Assembly (NCBI GenBank): GCA_050250935.1 | Contig: JBFWNS010000001.1 | Span: 192,001-256,000 of the forward strand | Length of the DNA: 64,000 nt | Direction: 5' to 3' | Source of the DNA: Candidatus Margulisiibacteriota bacterium | Lineage (GTDB): Bacteria > Margulisbacteria > Marinamargulisbacteria > JBFWNS01 | Part shown: piece after piece, positions 29,758 to 40,725 of the stretch | Layout: every line of letters starts with the position of its first letter | Numbering within the stretch: the first letter of the stretch is position 1 | Translations under genes and position numbers: made by a program | The notes under the pieces: model-generated | The model's input: only the letters and a program-made list of their open reading frames with translations | The model's database searches: none | Told to the model about the DNA's origin: nothing

Positions 29758-30159
29758 TTAATAAACATAGCCAATAAGCTCACCACCGGCATTTTTCAAA
29801 CGGGCATCGCGGCCAGATAGAATACCGTGTGATGTTGAAAGAATACAAATACCAAATCCATTTAAAACTTTAGGGATCTGCTTTTTCTGAATGTATTGGC
29901 GGCACGATGACGTACTTTTAAGAACCAAATTGGAAATAATTGCTTTTCCATCTGGGCTGTATTTTAAGTCAATTTTGATCGACTTTTTATTGCTGCCATG
30001 ATCCACAACATCGAAATGCTTAATGAAGCCTTCTTCTTTGAGAATTTTAGCAATTTTTTCTTTCATTTTTGAATGAGGCATCGAAACAGAATCGTGCTTT
30101 ACTCGCAAAGCATTACGAATTCTTGTAAACATATCCGCAACTGGGTTTGTAACTGACAT
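29758..30159 (-). CDS. rpsH: 30S ribosomal protein S8
   Basis: PVADMFTRIRNA, ILSTSHG, GGE. Confidence 0.97.
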   Translation of the reverse strand: MSVTNPVADMFTRIRNALRVKHDSVSMPHSKMKEKIAKILKEEGFIKHFDVVDHGSNKKSIKIDLKYSPDGKAIISNLVLKSTSSCRQYIQKKQIPKVLNGFGICILSTSHGILSGRDARLKNAGGELIGYVY

Positions 30160-30179
30160 CTAACCTTTTCCTCCAAATA

Positions 30180-30362
30180 CTACCAAGAAGATTTTTTAAC
30201 ACCAGGCAACTGTGCGTTGCTGGCTAACGTTCTAAAACAAATACGGCAAAGTCCAAAAAAACGCATAAATCCTCTGGGTCTGGAACAAATAGAGCAGCGG
30301 TTACGAAATTGCACCGTTCCTACTTTTTGTTTATTTTTTAAAATCATTGATGTTTTAGCCAT
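30180..30362 (-). CDS. rpsN: 30S ribosomal protein S14, short Zn-binding type
   Basis: [10 protein letters not shown]...[15 protein letters not shown]. Confidence 0.96.
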   Translation of the reverse strand: MAKTSMILKNKQKVGTVQFRNRCSICSRPRGFMRFFGLCRICFRTLASNAQLPGVKKSSW

Positions 30363-30385
30363 AATTTTTCTCTTGATTATCTCCT

Positions 30386-30928
30386 CTATTTTCGTCTAAA
30401 CGGCATTCCGAATTGGGTTAGCAATTCTCTTGCTTCGTCATTGGTTTTGGCGGAGGTGACAAAGGTAATGTCAAACCCTCTCATTTTATCGATTTTATCA
30501 AAGTTGGTTTCAGGGAAAATGATGTCTTCTTTAATGCCAAGGGTATAATTACCACGTCCATCAAAACTGTTAATTGGAACACCACGAAAATCTCTAATTT
30601 TAGGAAGAGATACGTTGATCAGTTTGGTCAAAAAGTCATACATTCTTTTGGATCTTAAGGTTACTTTACAGCCAATAGGTTGTCCTTCTCTGACCTTAAA
30701 GTTCGAAATCGATTTTTTCGAACGGGTAACGACTGGTTTTTGGCCTGAAATTGCAGCCATGACTTCAAGAGACAACTCCAAGGATTTGGGGTTGGACTCT
30801 GAATCGCCAATACCACGGTTCAGAACGATTTTTTCAATTTTAGGAACTTCCATCACATTGGCATACCCGAATTTTTCGCGCATTTTTTTTGTGATTTCTT
30901 GGGTGTATTTTTTCTTAAGGTCTAACAT
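30386..30928 (-). CDS. rplE: 50S ribosomal protein L5
   Basis: [28 protein letters not shown]. Confidence 0.98.
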   Translation of the reverse strand: MLDLKKKYTQEITKKMREKFGYANVMEVPKIEKIVLNRGIGDSESNPKSLELSLEVMAAISGQKPVVTRSKKSISNFKVREGQPIGCKVTLRSKRMYDFLTKLINVSLPKIRDFRGVPINSFDGRGNYTLGIKEDIIFPETNFDKIDKMRGFDITFVTSAKTNDEARELLTQFGMPFRRK

Positions 30929-30940
30929 GGTTTCTCCTGA

Positions 30941-31165
30941 CTATTTTTCCTTGTAAAGAGCCACTTTACTGATAGGAAACGGGGCTGGCTTCTTTACAAT
31001 TTCGCCAGCTTGTCTGGCATTTCCTTTTACGTAGTGAACTGCAATATTAATATCCGCCACAACCACAGCAGATTTTTTGGGGATAACCCGCAAAATCTCT
31101 CCGGTTTTATCTTTGTCTTTTCCAGACAGAACAAACACTTTATCACCTTTTTTCAAATTAGCCAT
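30941..31165 (-). CDS. rplX: 50S ribosomal protein L24, short form
   Basis: KOW motif KKGDKVFVLSGKDKDKTG; position between rplN and rplE. Confidence 0.93.
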   Translation of the reverse strand: MANLKKGDKVFVLSGKDKDKTGEILRVIPKKSAVVVADINIAVHYVKGNARQAGEIVKKPAPFPISKVALYKEK

Positions 31166-31179
31166 GATTCTATATCCCT

Positions 31180-31548
31180 CTAGATAACATCTGATGCCAG
31201 CGACACAATTTTCAAATAATTTTTATCTCTGAGCTCTCTTGGAACAGGCCCAAAAATACGGGTTCCACGAGGGTTACCATCCTTGTTGATAATAACCGCA
31301 GCATTGTCATCAAAACGAAGAACAGATCCATCTTCTCTTGTGATTTTGCTCTTGGTTCGAACAATAACGGCCAAAACAACTTCACTTTTCTTAACTTGTC
31401 CTTGGGGAATGGCTTTTTTAACAGCACAAACAATCAAATCCCCAACCCGAGCATAACGTCTGTTTGATCCGCCCATAACCCGGATACACAATAATTCCTT
31501 TGCGCCTGAGTTATCTGCTACGTCTAAACGGCTTTCTGTTTGAATCAT
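31180..31548 (-). CDS. rplN: 50S ribosomal protein L14
   Basis: [23 protein letters not shown]. Confidence 0.98.
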   Translation of the reverse strand: MIQTESRLDVADNSGAKELLCIRVMGGSNRRYARVGDLIVCAVKKAIPQGQVKKSEVVLAVIVRTKSKITREDGSVLRFDDNAAVIINKDGNPRGTRIFGPVPRELRDKNYLKIVSLASDVI

Positions 31549-31552
31549 TGCC

Positions 31553-31807
31553 CTATCCCTCGCTCGCAGGAACGATTTTTCTCAATCGCCAGAATTTAAG
31601 TTTGCTAATGGGTCTTGTTGCAACAATCTCTACATTGTCGCCCAATTGTGCTTCGTTTTTGGGATCATCTACCAAATATTTTTTTGAGCTACTAAAAACC
31701 TTTTGGTAAAGCCCGTGTCGTTTCAAATCTTGAACCAATACAGAAATCGTATTGAGTCCTGACTTTTTGACAACCTTTCCTGTTAGAACTTTTTTTTCAG
31801 CTGACAC
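31553..31807 (-). CDS. rpsQ: 30S ribosomal protein S17
   Basis: [12 protein letters not shown]; operon position. Confidence 0.95.
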   Translation of the reverse strand: MSAEKKVLTGKVVKKSGLNTISVLVQDLKRHGLYQKVFSSSKKYLVDDPKNEAQLGDNVEIVATRPISKLKFWRLRKIVPASEG

Positions 31808-31819
31808 TTCACTCTCTCC

Positions 31820-32008
31820 TTACTGTTGATGCAAACTCAATTGAGTCCGCATTCTGGCAATTTCTTTTCGAAGCTTTTTAAATTGGGACACATCTTTAAG
31901 TTCATTTTTCAAAAGATCAATTCTCAATTGAATCAGCTTTTTTTCTGTTTCTTCTATTTTTGAAGCTACGGTTTCGTTTGACTCTTGTACTGCTTTTTTC
32001 TTTGTCAT
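31820..32008 (-). CDS. rpmC: 50S ribosomal protein L29
   Basis: [10 protein letters not shown]; operon position. Confidence 0.92.
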   Translation of the reverse strand: MTKKKAVQESNETVASKIEETEKKLIQLRIDLLKNELKDVSQFKKLRKEIARMRTQLSLHQQ

Positions 32009-32017
32009 AAATAATCC

Positions 32018-32431
32018 CTACACAAAACTTTTTTGGATAAACCTGCTTTTGACAGGCAGCTTATGTGCCGCCAAACGAAAAGCCTCTTTGGCCACTTCGG
32101 TATCAACACCACTCAACTCGAACAAAATATTTCCAGGCTTAACAACAGCAACCCAAAATTCAGGAGCCCCTTTACCTTTACCCATACGGGTTTCAGCCGG
32201 TAACTTTGTTACGCTTTTATCTGGAAAAATTCTAATCCAAACTTTTCCGCCTCTTTTAATATGGCGGGTCATTGCCCGTCGGGCAGATTCAATTTGCCTA
32301 TCCGTAATCCAATGAGCGTCCAGGGTCTGCAACGCAAAATCACCGAAGGCGATATAGTTGGATGAACTGGCCACTCCACGGTTGCGGCCTCTTTGGTATT
32401 TTCTATATTTGGTCTTTTTGGGCATTAACAT
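32018..32431 (-). CDS. rplP: 50S ribosomal protein L16
   Basis: [26 protein letters not shown]. Confidence 0.98.
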   Translation of the reverse strand: MLMPKKTKYRKYQRGRNRGVASSSNYIAFGDFALQTLDAHWITDRQIESARRAMTRHIKRGGKVWIRIFPDKSVTKLPAETRMGKGKGAPEFWVAVVKPGNILFELSGVDTEVAKEAFRLAAHKLPVKSRFIQKSFV

Positions 32432-32449
32432 CTTACTATCTCCAACCTG

Positions 32450-33121
32450 TTATGATGCTGCTTCTACGAGCTCTTGCTGATCGAGGTGAGAGAGACTCAT
32501 CACTTCACCTTTGTATAACCAAAACTTAACACCAATTTTTCCAAAGGTTGTTAAAGATTCAGAAAACGCATAATCAATATCGGCTCTCAGGGTATGCAAG
32601 GGAACCTTTCCTTCTCGGTACCATTCGGTTCTTGCAATTTCTGCGCCACCCAGTCTTCCTGCACAACAAACTTTTACACCTTGTGCTCCAGCTTTGAGTG
32701 CACGCTGAACAGCCATTTTCATTGCTCGGCGAAAAGGTATCCGTTTTTCCAATTGTTGGGCAACCCAGTCCGCCAACAACTTGGAGCTGAGATCCACATG
32801 TTTTTCTTCTGTAATGGTTAATTTCACATTCTTTGAATTAATCAGTTGAGACAGGGCTTCTTTTACAACACCCATGTCTTTGCCTGATTTTCCAAAAATC
32901 ATACCCGTTTTTGCAACTTGAACGGTAACTTCAGTAAAATTCTGTTTACGGCTGACTTGAATTGAAGCAATTCCTGCTCGTCCAAACTCGGCACGAACAA
33001 ATGCTTTAATTTTGAAATCTTCTACGATGTAGTCTTTGTACTCTTTTTCTGCAAACCAATTGCATTCCCAAGATCTTGTGATACCAACTCGTAATCCCTT
33101 TGGATTAGCTTTTTGCCCCAT
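32450..33121 (-). CDS. rpsC: 30S ribosomal protein S3
   Basis: MGQKANPKGLR, GRLGGAEIAR, VPLHTLRADID; start ATG 33121. Confidence 0.98.
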   Translation of the reverse strand: MGQKANPKGLRVGITRSWECNWFAEKEYKDYIVEDFKIKAFVRAEFGRAGIASIQVSRKQNFTEVTVQVAKTGMIFGKSGKDMGVVKEALSQLINSKNVKLTITEEKHVDLSSKLLADWVAQQLEKRIPFRRAMKMAVQRALKAGAQGVKVCCAGRLGGAEIARTEWYREGKVPLHTLRADIDYAFSESLTTFGKIGVKFWLYKGEVMSLSHLDQQELVEAAS

Positions 33122-33485
33122 TGTTTCCTCCATGTAGTAAATCAACACCCGCTGTTATATGGGAGCTTCTTTTAATAATTTTATAAATTCTGCCTCGAGC
33201 ACGAGGTTGAAAACGCTTCAATTTTGGTGCTTCATTGATGAGCAAATAAGTGACAAACAAATCGGCTCGGGTTAAGCCGGCATTGTTGGTGGCATTTGCA
33301 ATAGCAGATTCCAAAGTTTTGCGAAGGGGTAATGCTGTTGGTTGGGGCATGCTTTTTAAAATTGCAACTGCATGATCAACTTGTTTGCCTCGGACAACAT
33401 CAGCAAGCCTTCTAAGCTTGAACGGTGATACCCGAATATATTTTGAATGAGCAACCGCTTGGGGGTGATACTTTGTGTTTGACAT
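33105..33485 (-). CDS. rplV: 50S ribosomal protein L22
   Basis: RVSPFKLR, SAIANA, PRARGR. Confidence 0.97.
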   Translation of the reverse strand: MSNTKYHPQAVAHSKYIRVSPFKLRRLADVVRGKQVDHAVAILKSMPQPTALPLRKTLESAIANATNNAGLTRADLFVTYLLINEAPKLKRFQPRARGRIYKIIKRSSHITAGVDLLHGGNNGAKS

Positions 33486-33490
33486 TAGCG

Positions 33491-33754
33491 CTACTTACCT
33501 CCGGAATGGCCTTTAAATGTTCGGGTGAGCGCAAACTCTCCCAAACGATGACCAACCATATTTTCTTGAATAAAAACTGGGATATGCTTTTGTCCGTTAT
33601 GAACTGCAATGGTATGACCGATCATTTCTGGAACAATAATTGACGCTCTAGACCAGGTTTTGATTAATTTTTTCTCATTTGCTTCGTTCATTTTTTCTAC
33701 TTTTTCAAGCAGTCTGTCCAAAACAAAGGGTCCTTTTTTTAACGATCGTGGCAA
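33491..33754 (-). CDS. rpsS: 30S ribosomal protein S19
   Basis: [22 protein letters not shown]. Confidence 0.98.
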   Translation of the reverse strand: MPRSLKKGPFVLDRLLEKVEKMNEANEKKLIKTWSRASIIVPEMIGHTIAVHNGQKHIPVFIQENMVGHRLGEFALTRTFKGHSGGK

Positions 33755-33766
33755 GGCTATATCCTC

Positions 33767-34594
33767 CTATCCTCTACGCTTCACAATAAGCTTGTTTGAT
33801 TTATTTTTCTTGGTTCTGGTTTTATAACCCAATGCAGGTTTACCCCAAGGCGTAACAGGGCCAGATCTTCCAATAGGAGCCTTACCTTCACCCCCACCGT
33901 GTGGGTGATCATTCGGGTTCATTACAGAACCACGAACAGCTGGGCGAATTCCTTTTCTTCTAGACGCACCCGCTTTTCCAAGTGACACATTGCGGTTATC
34001 AAGATTGCTAACTTGACCGATGGTTGCTTTGCACTCCAAAGATACCAAACGAACCTCACCTGAAGGCAGTTTTACAGTTGCATAGTCTTCATTCTTAGCC
34101 ATTAAAACGGCGCCAGATCCAGCAGATCTAACCAACTTAGCACCAGAACCTACTGAGATTTCAATATTGTGGATGGTAGTCCCCGCTGGAATATTACGAA
34201 GTTTAAGGGCATTCCCCAATTTAATATCCGCTTTCTCTCCAGAAGAAATAACATCTCCCACTTTTATGCCATGAGGGGCTAGGATATACTCCTTGTTTCC
34301 ATTGCCATAAGCAACCAAAGCAATAAAAGCAGATCTATTTGGATCGTATTCAATGGCAGCAACAGTTCCCAAAACATCGTCACCGTTGCGCTTGAAATCG
34401 ATTACACGAAACTTACGTTTCACCCCGCCGCCTTTATGACGAACTGTAATTTTCCCCTGGTTATTTCTACCAGATGATTTTGAAACCTTTTTAAGGAGTC
34501 TTTTTTCTGGTTTTGTGAGTGGAGAAAATTCAAAGTCAACACTTTGCTTTGTTCTTAACCCTGGGGATGTTGGTTTATATGCTTTAACTGGCAT
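33767..34594 (-). CDS. rplB: 50S ribosomal protein L2
   Basis: [30 protein letters not shown]. Confidence 0.98.
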   Translation of the reverse strand: MPVKAYKPTSPGLRTKQSVDFEFSPLTKPEKRLLKKVSKSSGRNNQGKITVRHKGGGVKRKFRVIDFKRNGDDVLGTVAAIEYDPNRSAFIALVAYGNGNKEYILAPHGIKVGDVISSGEKADIKLGNALKLRNIPAGTTIHNIEISVGSGAKLVRSAGSGAVLMAKNEDYATVKLPSGEVRLVSLECKATIGQVSNLDNRNVSLGKAGASRRKGIRPAVRGSVMNPNDHPHGGGEGKAPIGRSGPVTPWGKPALGYKTRTKKNKSNKLIVKRRG

Positions 34595-34613
34595 TGTAAA
34601 ATCCTAACCTTAT

Positions 34614-34889
34614 TTAATCTTTCACCGATTCGATTTTTGAATCGGCTGAAAGTGTCACAATCGCTTTTTTTAGTTTTTGGGGCTTTCCAAAGAAACGGCC
34701 CACACGTCTTGCTTTTGTTCTGACCGTCATCAAATTAACAGCGGCAACCTTTACACCAAAATATTGGTTAAAAAAGTGCTTTAATGTTGTTTTTGTAGCT
34801 GAAGGGGCAACAAAAAAGACATATTTATTTCGCTCAAGAAGCGCCGAAGACTTTTCGGAAACAACTGGTTTTTTAATCAAATTATTCAT
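34614..34889 (-). CDS. rplW: 50S ribosomal protein L23
   Basis: PVVSEKS, KKAIVTL. Confidence 0.95.
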   Translation of the reverse strand: MNNLIKKPVVSEKSSALLERNKYVFFVAPSATKTTLKHFFNQYFGVKVAAVNLMTVRTKARRVGRFFGKPQKLKKAIVTLSADSKIESVKD

Positions 34890-35490
34890 TTTTCAGCCTC
34901 TCTTGCAAACGCTCGGCTGCACGTTTGGTTAAAACTACTTTATCTGCCTGAAGGACATTTACAATGTCCATAGCGTCAACCGAATTGATACTTACACTGG
35001 GCAGGTTAGAAAATGACTTAATTTCAAAATCACATGCTGGGGTCACCAACAAAACAGCTTTTTTGGATTCTTTACCCAAAAGAGCTTGAGCTTGTTTGGT
35101 CTTTACAATTTGATTTTGTGTATCCAAGACCACCATATTGGCTCCTTGGGTGCTCACCAAAGATTTCAAAACATTTTCAATAACTGATTTATTTAACTTT
35201 GTGGCAAAAGACCTTGGCTTAGGACCAAAAGAAATACCACCACCAGGTCTGAGAGGAGTTCGATTAGACCCACGTCTTGCGTTACCGGTTCCCTTTTGAC
35301 GGTATGGCTTAGAACCACCACCGGATACTTCTGACTTTGTTTTAGTCGAAGCAGTACCTGCTCTTAACTTATTTTTTTGGAACTTGTTATACAAGTAAAG
35401 CTGATGGGAACTTCCCTCTGCAGCAATTTCAAATCCAAAATCGAAATCCAAAACTTTTTTTCCAGCAATATCAACAATGTTTAATTTCAT
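34882..35490 (-). CDS. rplD: 50S ribosomal protein L4
   Basis: EVSGGGSKPYRQKGTGNARRGS, FGPKPR. Confidence 0.97.
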   Translation of the reverse strand: MKLNIVDIAGKKVLDFDFGFEIAAEGSSHQLYLYNKFQKNKLRAGTASTKTKSEVSGGGSKPYRQKGTGNARRGSNRTPLRPGGGISFGPKPRSFATKLNKSVIENVLKSLVSTQGANMVVLDTQNQIVKTKQAQALLGKESKKAVLLVTPACDFEIKSFSNLPSVSINSVDAMDIVNVLQADKVVLTKRAAERLQERLKNE

Positions 35491-35509
35491 AAATAATTCC
35501 CTGAGCCCG

Positions 35510-36127
35510 CTACGAATATATCTCGACTAGCGCATTGGCTTTGCCAGGAACAGCACCTTTAAGAAAAACAAGGCCCTTCTCCAGATCAACCGATACAACT
35601 GTAAGATTCTTAATGGTCACTCGCTCGTTACCCATTCTTCCGGCCATCTTTTTACCGGGGACAACACGACCTGGGGTTGTACCCGCACCAATAGAACCAG
35701 GAATTCTATGGCTTTTAGAACCATGGCTCATAGGGCCTCTGTTAAAATTATGACGCTTAATGGTACCGGCAAAACCCTTACCAATAGAACGCCCTGAGAC
35801 AGTGACAATGTCACCAGCAGAAAAAACTTCCAACTTCAAAGCTTCATTTAGCGAGTAGTTTTCGACGTTTGCAGTTCTAATTTCCTTAACAAACTTTTTT
35901 GGAGTTGCTGATAGCTTATCAAAGAACCCCTTCATCGGTTTGTTGAGGTGCTTATCCTCGACAGCCTCGTAACCAACAACCACAGCTGTATACCCATTGG
36001 TCTCTAGCGTCTTATGCTTCAAGACCAATGAATCGCAAGCAGCAAGAACAGTTACAGGAACAACTTTTCCTTCGTCATTGATAAACTGAGACATGCCCAG
36101 TTTTTTAGCCAAAATATATTTATTCAT
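35510..36127 (-). CDS. rplC: 50S ribosomal protein L3
   Basis: KLGMSQ, GKGFAGTIKRH, HGS..HR.PGSIG, KKMAGRMG. Confidence 0.97.
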   Translation of the reverse strand: MNKYILAKKLGMSQFINDEGKVVPVTVLAACDSLVLKHKTLETNGYTAVVVGYEAVEDKHLNKPMKGFFDKLSATPKKFVKEIRTANVENYSLNEALKLEVFSAGDIVTVSGRSIGKGFAGTIKRHNFNRGPMSHGSKSHRIPGSIGAGTTPGRVVPGKKMAGRMGNERVTIKNLTVVSVDLEKGLVFLKGAVPGKANALVEIYS

Positions 36128-36154
36128 AAAAAACCTTAAATGTGGGTATAAAAA

Positions 36155-36490
36155 CTAGTTTAACTTTATTTCGATGTTGACCCCAGCTGGAAGATTCAGC
36201 TGCATCAGTGCATCGACAGTGGAAGATGGGGGATCCAAAATATCGATCATACGCTTATGAACACGAATTTCGTAATGCTCACCACCACGTTTATCGATGT
36301 GGGGAGATTTCAAAATACACCAGATTTTTTTCTGGGTTGGAAGGGGCACAGGCCCCAGGACTTTAGCCCCGGAGCGCTGAGCAGTTTGAACGATCTTTTC
36401 AGCAGACTGATCGATAACTCGGCTGTCAAAGGCCTTGAGTCTAATTCGGATTCGTTGCTGAGCTTTTAAAGACGACTTTTGCTTTTTCAC
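36155..36490 (-). CDS. rpsJ: 30S ribosomal protein S10
   Basis: [20 protein letters not shown]. Confidence 0.97.
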   Translation of the reverse strand: MKKQKSSLKAQQRIRIRLKAFDSRVIDQSAEKIVQTAQRSGAKVLGPVPLPTQKKIWCILKSPHIDKRGGEHYEIRVHKRMIDILDPPSSTVDALMQLNLPAGVNIEIKLN

Positions 36491-36506
36491 TTTTATTTCC
36501 TGATCA

Positions 36507-37709
<1,203 letters not shown>

Positions 37710-37712
37710 TGA

Positions 37713-39791
37713 TTATTCTCCTTTTCTTTTGTCAGCGACTAAAAATTCATAGATTTGTTTGGGGCAATCACTATACATGAAGAACTGCATTGTGTAAATA
37801 CCGCGACCCTGGGTAAGTGACCTCAAATTGGTCGCATATCCGAACATTTCAGAGAGGGGCACATGGGCCTTAATTAACTGAATATTGTTCTTACCAGATT
37901 CGATCTTTTCGATTTTTCCACGACGGCTGTTCAAATCTGAAATAACGTCACCCATATTGGACTCTGGAACTTCCACTTCAACTTCCATAATCGGTTCCAA
38001 AATGGTTGGACCTGCATTTTTCACCGCATCTTTTACGGCGTAAGAGGCTGCCAATTGGAAGGCAATGTCTGAAGAGTCTACAGGGTGGAAGGACCCATCG
38101 AGTGCCGTTACACAAACGTCGATCATGGGGAAGCCAGCGATAATCCCTGTAGTAAAGGCTTCTTTGGCACCTTTTTCTACAGAAGAAATAAACTCTTTTG
38201 GAATGCGTCCACCCACGACCTTGTTTACAAATTCAAACCCTTTACCACGCTCGAGGGGCTCGATAGTCAGGATAACGTGACCATATTGACCACGGCCACC
38301 CGTTTGACGTACGAATTTGCCTTCGGCTTCTGCCTTTTTGTTGATGGACTCTTTGTAAGCCACTTGGGGTTTACCAACACCGGCTTGAACAGAAAACTCT
38401 CTGAGCAAACGATCGGTAATGATTTCCAAGTGCAACTCGCCCATCCCAGAAATGATGGTTTGACCTGTTTCTTGGTCGGTTTTGAAACGGAAAGTCGGAT
38501 CTTCGTCTGACAATTTTTCCAAAGCTGTAGACAATTTGTCTTGGTCAGATTTGGTTTTAGGCTCAATAGCAACAAAGATTACGGGTTCTGGGAACTCGAT
38601 ATTTTCTAGGGTGATTGGCTTGTCTTCAAAACAAAGGGTATCACCTGTTTTGGTATATTTGAGACCAATAATCCCAACGATGTCACCAGCGCCTGCGGCA
38701 TCCAATTCGGAGCGGGAATTGGCGTGCATTTGCATGATACGTCCGACGCGCTCACGCTTGTCCTGGGTAGAGTTCATGACATAGGTTCCGGGCATCAACT
38801 TACCTGAATAAACACGCAGGTAGGTCAAACGACCAACAAAGGGGTCTGTTTGAATTTTAAAAGCCAAGCCAGAAAAAGGCTCGGTTTCGGCCAGCTTTCT
38901 TTCTTCTTCGGCACCTGTTTTGGGGTTCAACCCTTTAACTGGAGGCAAATCCAAAGGAGAAGGTAAAAAGTCGATAATGCCATCCAACAAAGGTTGAACC
39001 CCTTTGTTTTTAAAGGCTGTTCCACAGAAGACCGGAACAATTTCACCAGCAATGGTTAATTTTCTGATTGCCGCAACAATTTCGTCTTCGTCGAGGTTAC
39101 CTGTTTCCAAATATTTTTCGAGCAATTTGTCATCTGCTTCGGCCGCTGTTTCCAAAAGAATTTCACGAAGCTCTTTGTATTTGGCTTCGTTTTCAGGTTG
39201 AAGATCTACGGTTTGGTAATGGTCACCTTTTTGATCGGTAAAATGATATTCCTTACCACGAACGATATCGATAACACCTTTGAATTGGTCTTCGCTTCCA
39301 ATAGAGGAGTTGATGACCACTGGTCTTGCGTACAAATTGTCTCGGATCATTTGCACAACACGGTGGAAATCGGCACCAACACGGTCCATTTTGTTTACAA
39401 AGGCAATACGGGGAACTTCGTACTTGGTTGCTTGACGCCATACGGTTTCGGTTTGAGGTTGAACCCCAGCCACACCACAGAAAACAACAACCGCACCGTC
39501 CAATACCCGCAACGACCGTTCAACTTCAACAGTAAAGTCAACGTGACCTGGGGTATCGATGATATTAATAACACTGTCTTTCCAGTAACAAGTGGTGGCA
39601 GCAGAGGTGATGGTGATACCCCGCTCTTGCTCTTGAACCATCCAGTCCATGGTGGCATTACCATCATGAACTTCACCAATTTTGTGAGATTTTCCTGTAT
39701 AGAACAGAACCCGCTCGGTTAGGGTTGTTTTACCGGCATCAATGTGGGCAGAGATCCCGATATTCCTGAGTTTTTGTAAGTTTTTTTCCAT
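37713..39791 (-). CDS. fusA: Elongation factor G
   Basis: [32 protein letters not shown]; start ATG 39791. Confidence 0.99.
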   Translation of the reverse strand: MEKNLQKLRNIGISAHIDAGKTTLTERVLFYTGKSHKIGEVHDGNATMDWMVQEQERGITITSAATTCYWKDSVINIIDTPGHVDFTVEVERSLRVLDGAVVVFCGVAGVQPQTETVWRQATKYEVPRIAFVNKMDRVGADFHRVVQMIRDNLYARPVVINSSIGSEDQFKGVIDIVRGKEYHFTDQKGDHYQTVDLQPENEAKYKELREILLETAAEADDKLLEKYLETGNLDEDEIVAAIRKLTIAGEIVPVFCGTAFKNKGVQPLLDGIIDFLPSPLDLPPVKGLNPKTGAEEERKLAETEPFSGLAFKIQTDPFVGRLTYLRVYSGKLMPGTYVMNSTQDKRERVGRIMQMHANSRSELDAAGAGDIVGIIGLKYTKTGDTLCFEDKPITLENIEFPEPVIFVAIEPKTKSDQDKLSTALEKLSDEDPTFRFKTDQETGQTIISGMGELHLEIITDRLLREFSVQAGVGKPQVAYKESINKKAEAEGKFVRQTGGRGQYGHVILTIEPLERGKGFEFVNKVVGGRIPKEFISSVEKGAKEAFTTGIIAGFPMIDVCVTALDGSFHPVDSSDIAFQLAASYAVKDAVKNAGPTILEPIMEVEVEVPESNMGDVISDLNSRRGKIEKIESGKNNIQLIKAHVPLSEMFGYATNLRSLTQGRGIYTMQFFMYSDCPKQIYEFLVADKRKGE

Positions 39792-39798
39792 GTTTATT

Positions 39799-40269
39799 CT
39801 ACCATCTAAAGTGAGCAAATGCTTTGTTTGCTTCAGCCATTTTGTGAGTTTCTTCGCGTTTTTTGATTGAAGCTCCAACTTTGTTGTAAGCGTCTACAAA
39901 TTCGTTGGCCAATTTGTCGGCCATTGATTTTCCTGAACGTGAACGGGAATGTTGAATCAACCATCTCATGGCCAACCCTACAGCACGATCCATTTTAACT
40001 TCTACAGGAACTTGGTAAGTTGAACCGCCCACACGGCGAGATTTAACTTCCATAATGGGCATGACGTTTTTAATGACTTTTTCAAAGCCCAAAACGGGTT
40101 GTTCGCCCACTTTCTCTGAAAAGGTTTGAAGTGCCCCATAGACAATGCCTTGGGCAATACTTTTTTTACCAGAGATCATGAGTTTATTGATGAACTTTGC
40201 TAGGTTTACGCTGTTGTAAACCGGATCTGGCGTAATTTCACGCTTTATACTACGACTTTTTCTAGCCAT
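39799..40269 (-). CDS. rpsG: 30S ribosomal protein S7
   Basis: [26 protein letters not shown]. Confidence 0.98.
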   Translation of the reverse strand: MARKSRSIKREITPDPVYNSVNLAKFINKLMISGKKSIAQGIVYGALQTFSEKVGEQPVLGFEKVIKNVMPIMEVKSRRVGGSTYQVPVEVKMDRAVGLAMRWLIQHSRSRSGKSMADKLANEFVDAYNKVGASIKKREETHKMAEANKAFAHFRW

Positions 40270-40274
40270 AAAGG

Positions 40275-40658
40275 TTACTTAGCCTCCTTCTTCTGTCTTT
40301 TGGCGCCATAAATGGACCTGGATTGTTTTCGATTGGCTACACCTTGAAGGTCGCCACGGCCTCTTTCAGTATGGTAGCGAACCCCTGGAAGATCTTTAAC
40401 CCTACCACCGCGAATAAAGATTACAGAGTGTTCTTGTAAATTATGGCCTTCACCTGGGATATACGAAGTGACTTCGTATCCGTTAGACAACCGAACCCTG
40501 GCAACTTTACGCAAAGCTGAGTTTGGTTTTTTTGGCGTTGTTGTATACACCCGGGTACAGACCCCACGGCGTTGCGGACAGGATTGGAGGGCCGGGGATT
40601 TCCCTTTGGCTCTCTTCGGTTTTCGCTTGGTGCGAATCAATTGATTACTGGTAGGCAC
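40275..40658 (-). CDS. rpsL: 30S ribosomal protein S12
   Basis: [23 protein letters not shown]. Confidence 0.99.
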   Translation of the reverse strand: MPTSNQLIRTKRKPKRAKGKSPALQSCPQRRGVCTRVYTTTPKKPNSALRKVARVRLSNGYEVTSYIPGEGHNLQEHSVIFIRGGRVKDLPGVRYHTERGRGDLQGVANRKQSRSIYGAKRQKKEAK

Positions 40659-40689
40659 TATAAACTCCTTACTGATATTTAGCCGAACG

Positions 40690-40719
40690 ATAGTAATGTA
40701 CGGCTTATTTTTTTGTCAA
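40690..40719 (-). promoter_or_regulatory. Putative sigma70 promoter for the rpsL (str/S10/spc) block
   Basis: Minus strand TTGACA-18 bp-TACTAT in the 67-bp rpoC-rpsL gap. Confidence 0.75.
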
Positions 40720-40725
40720 ATGCGT

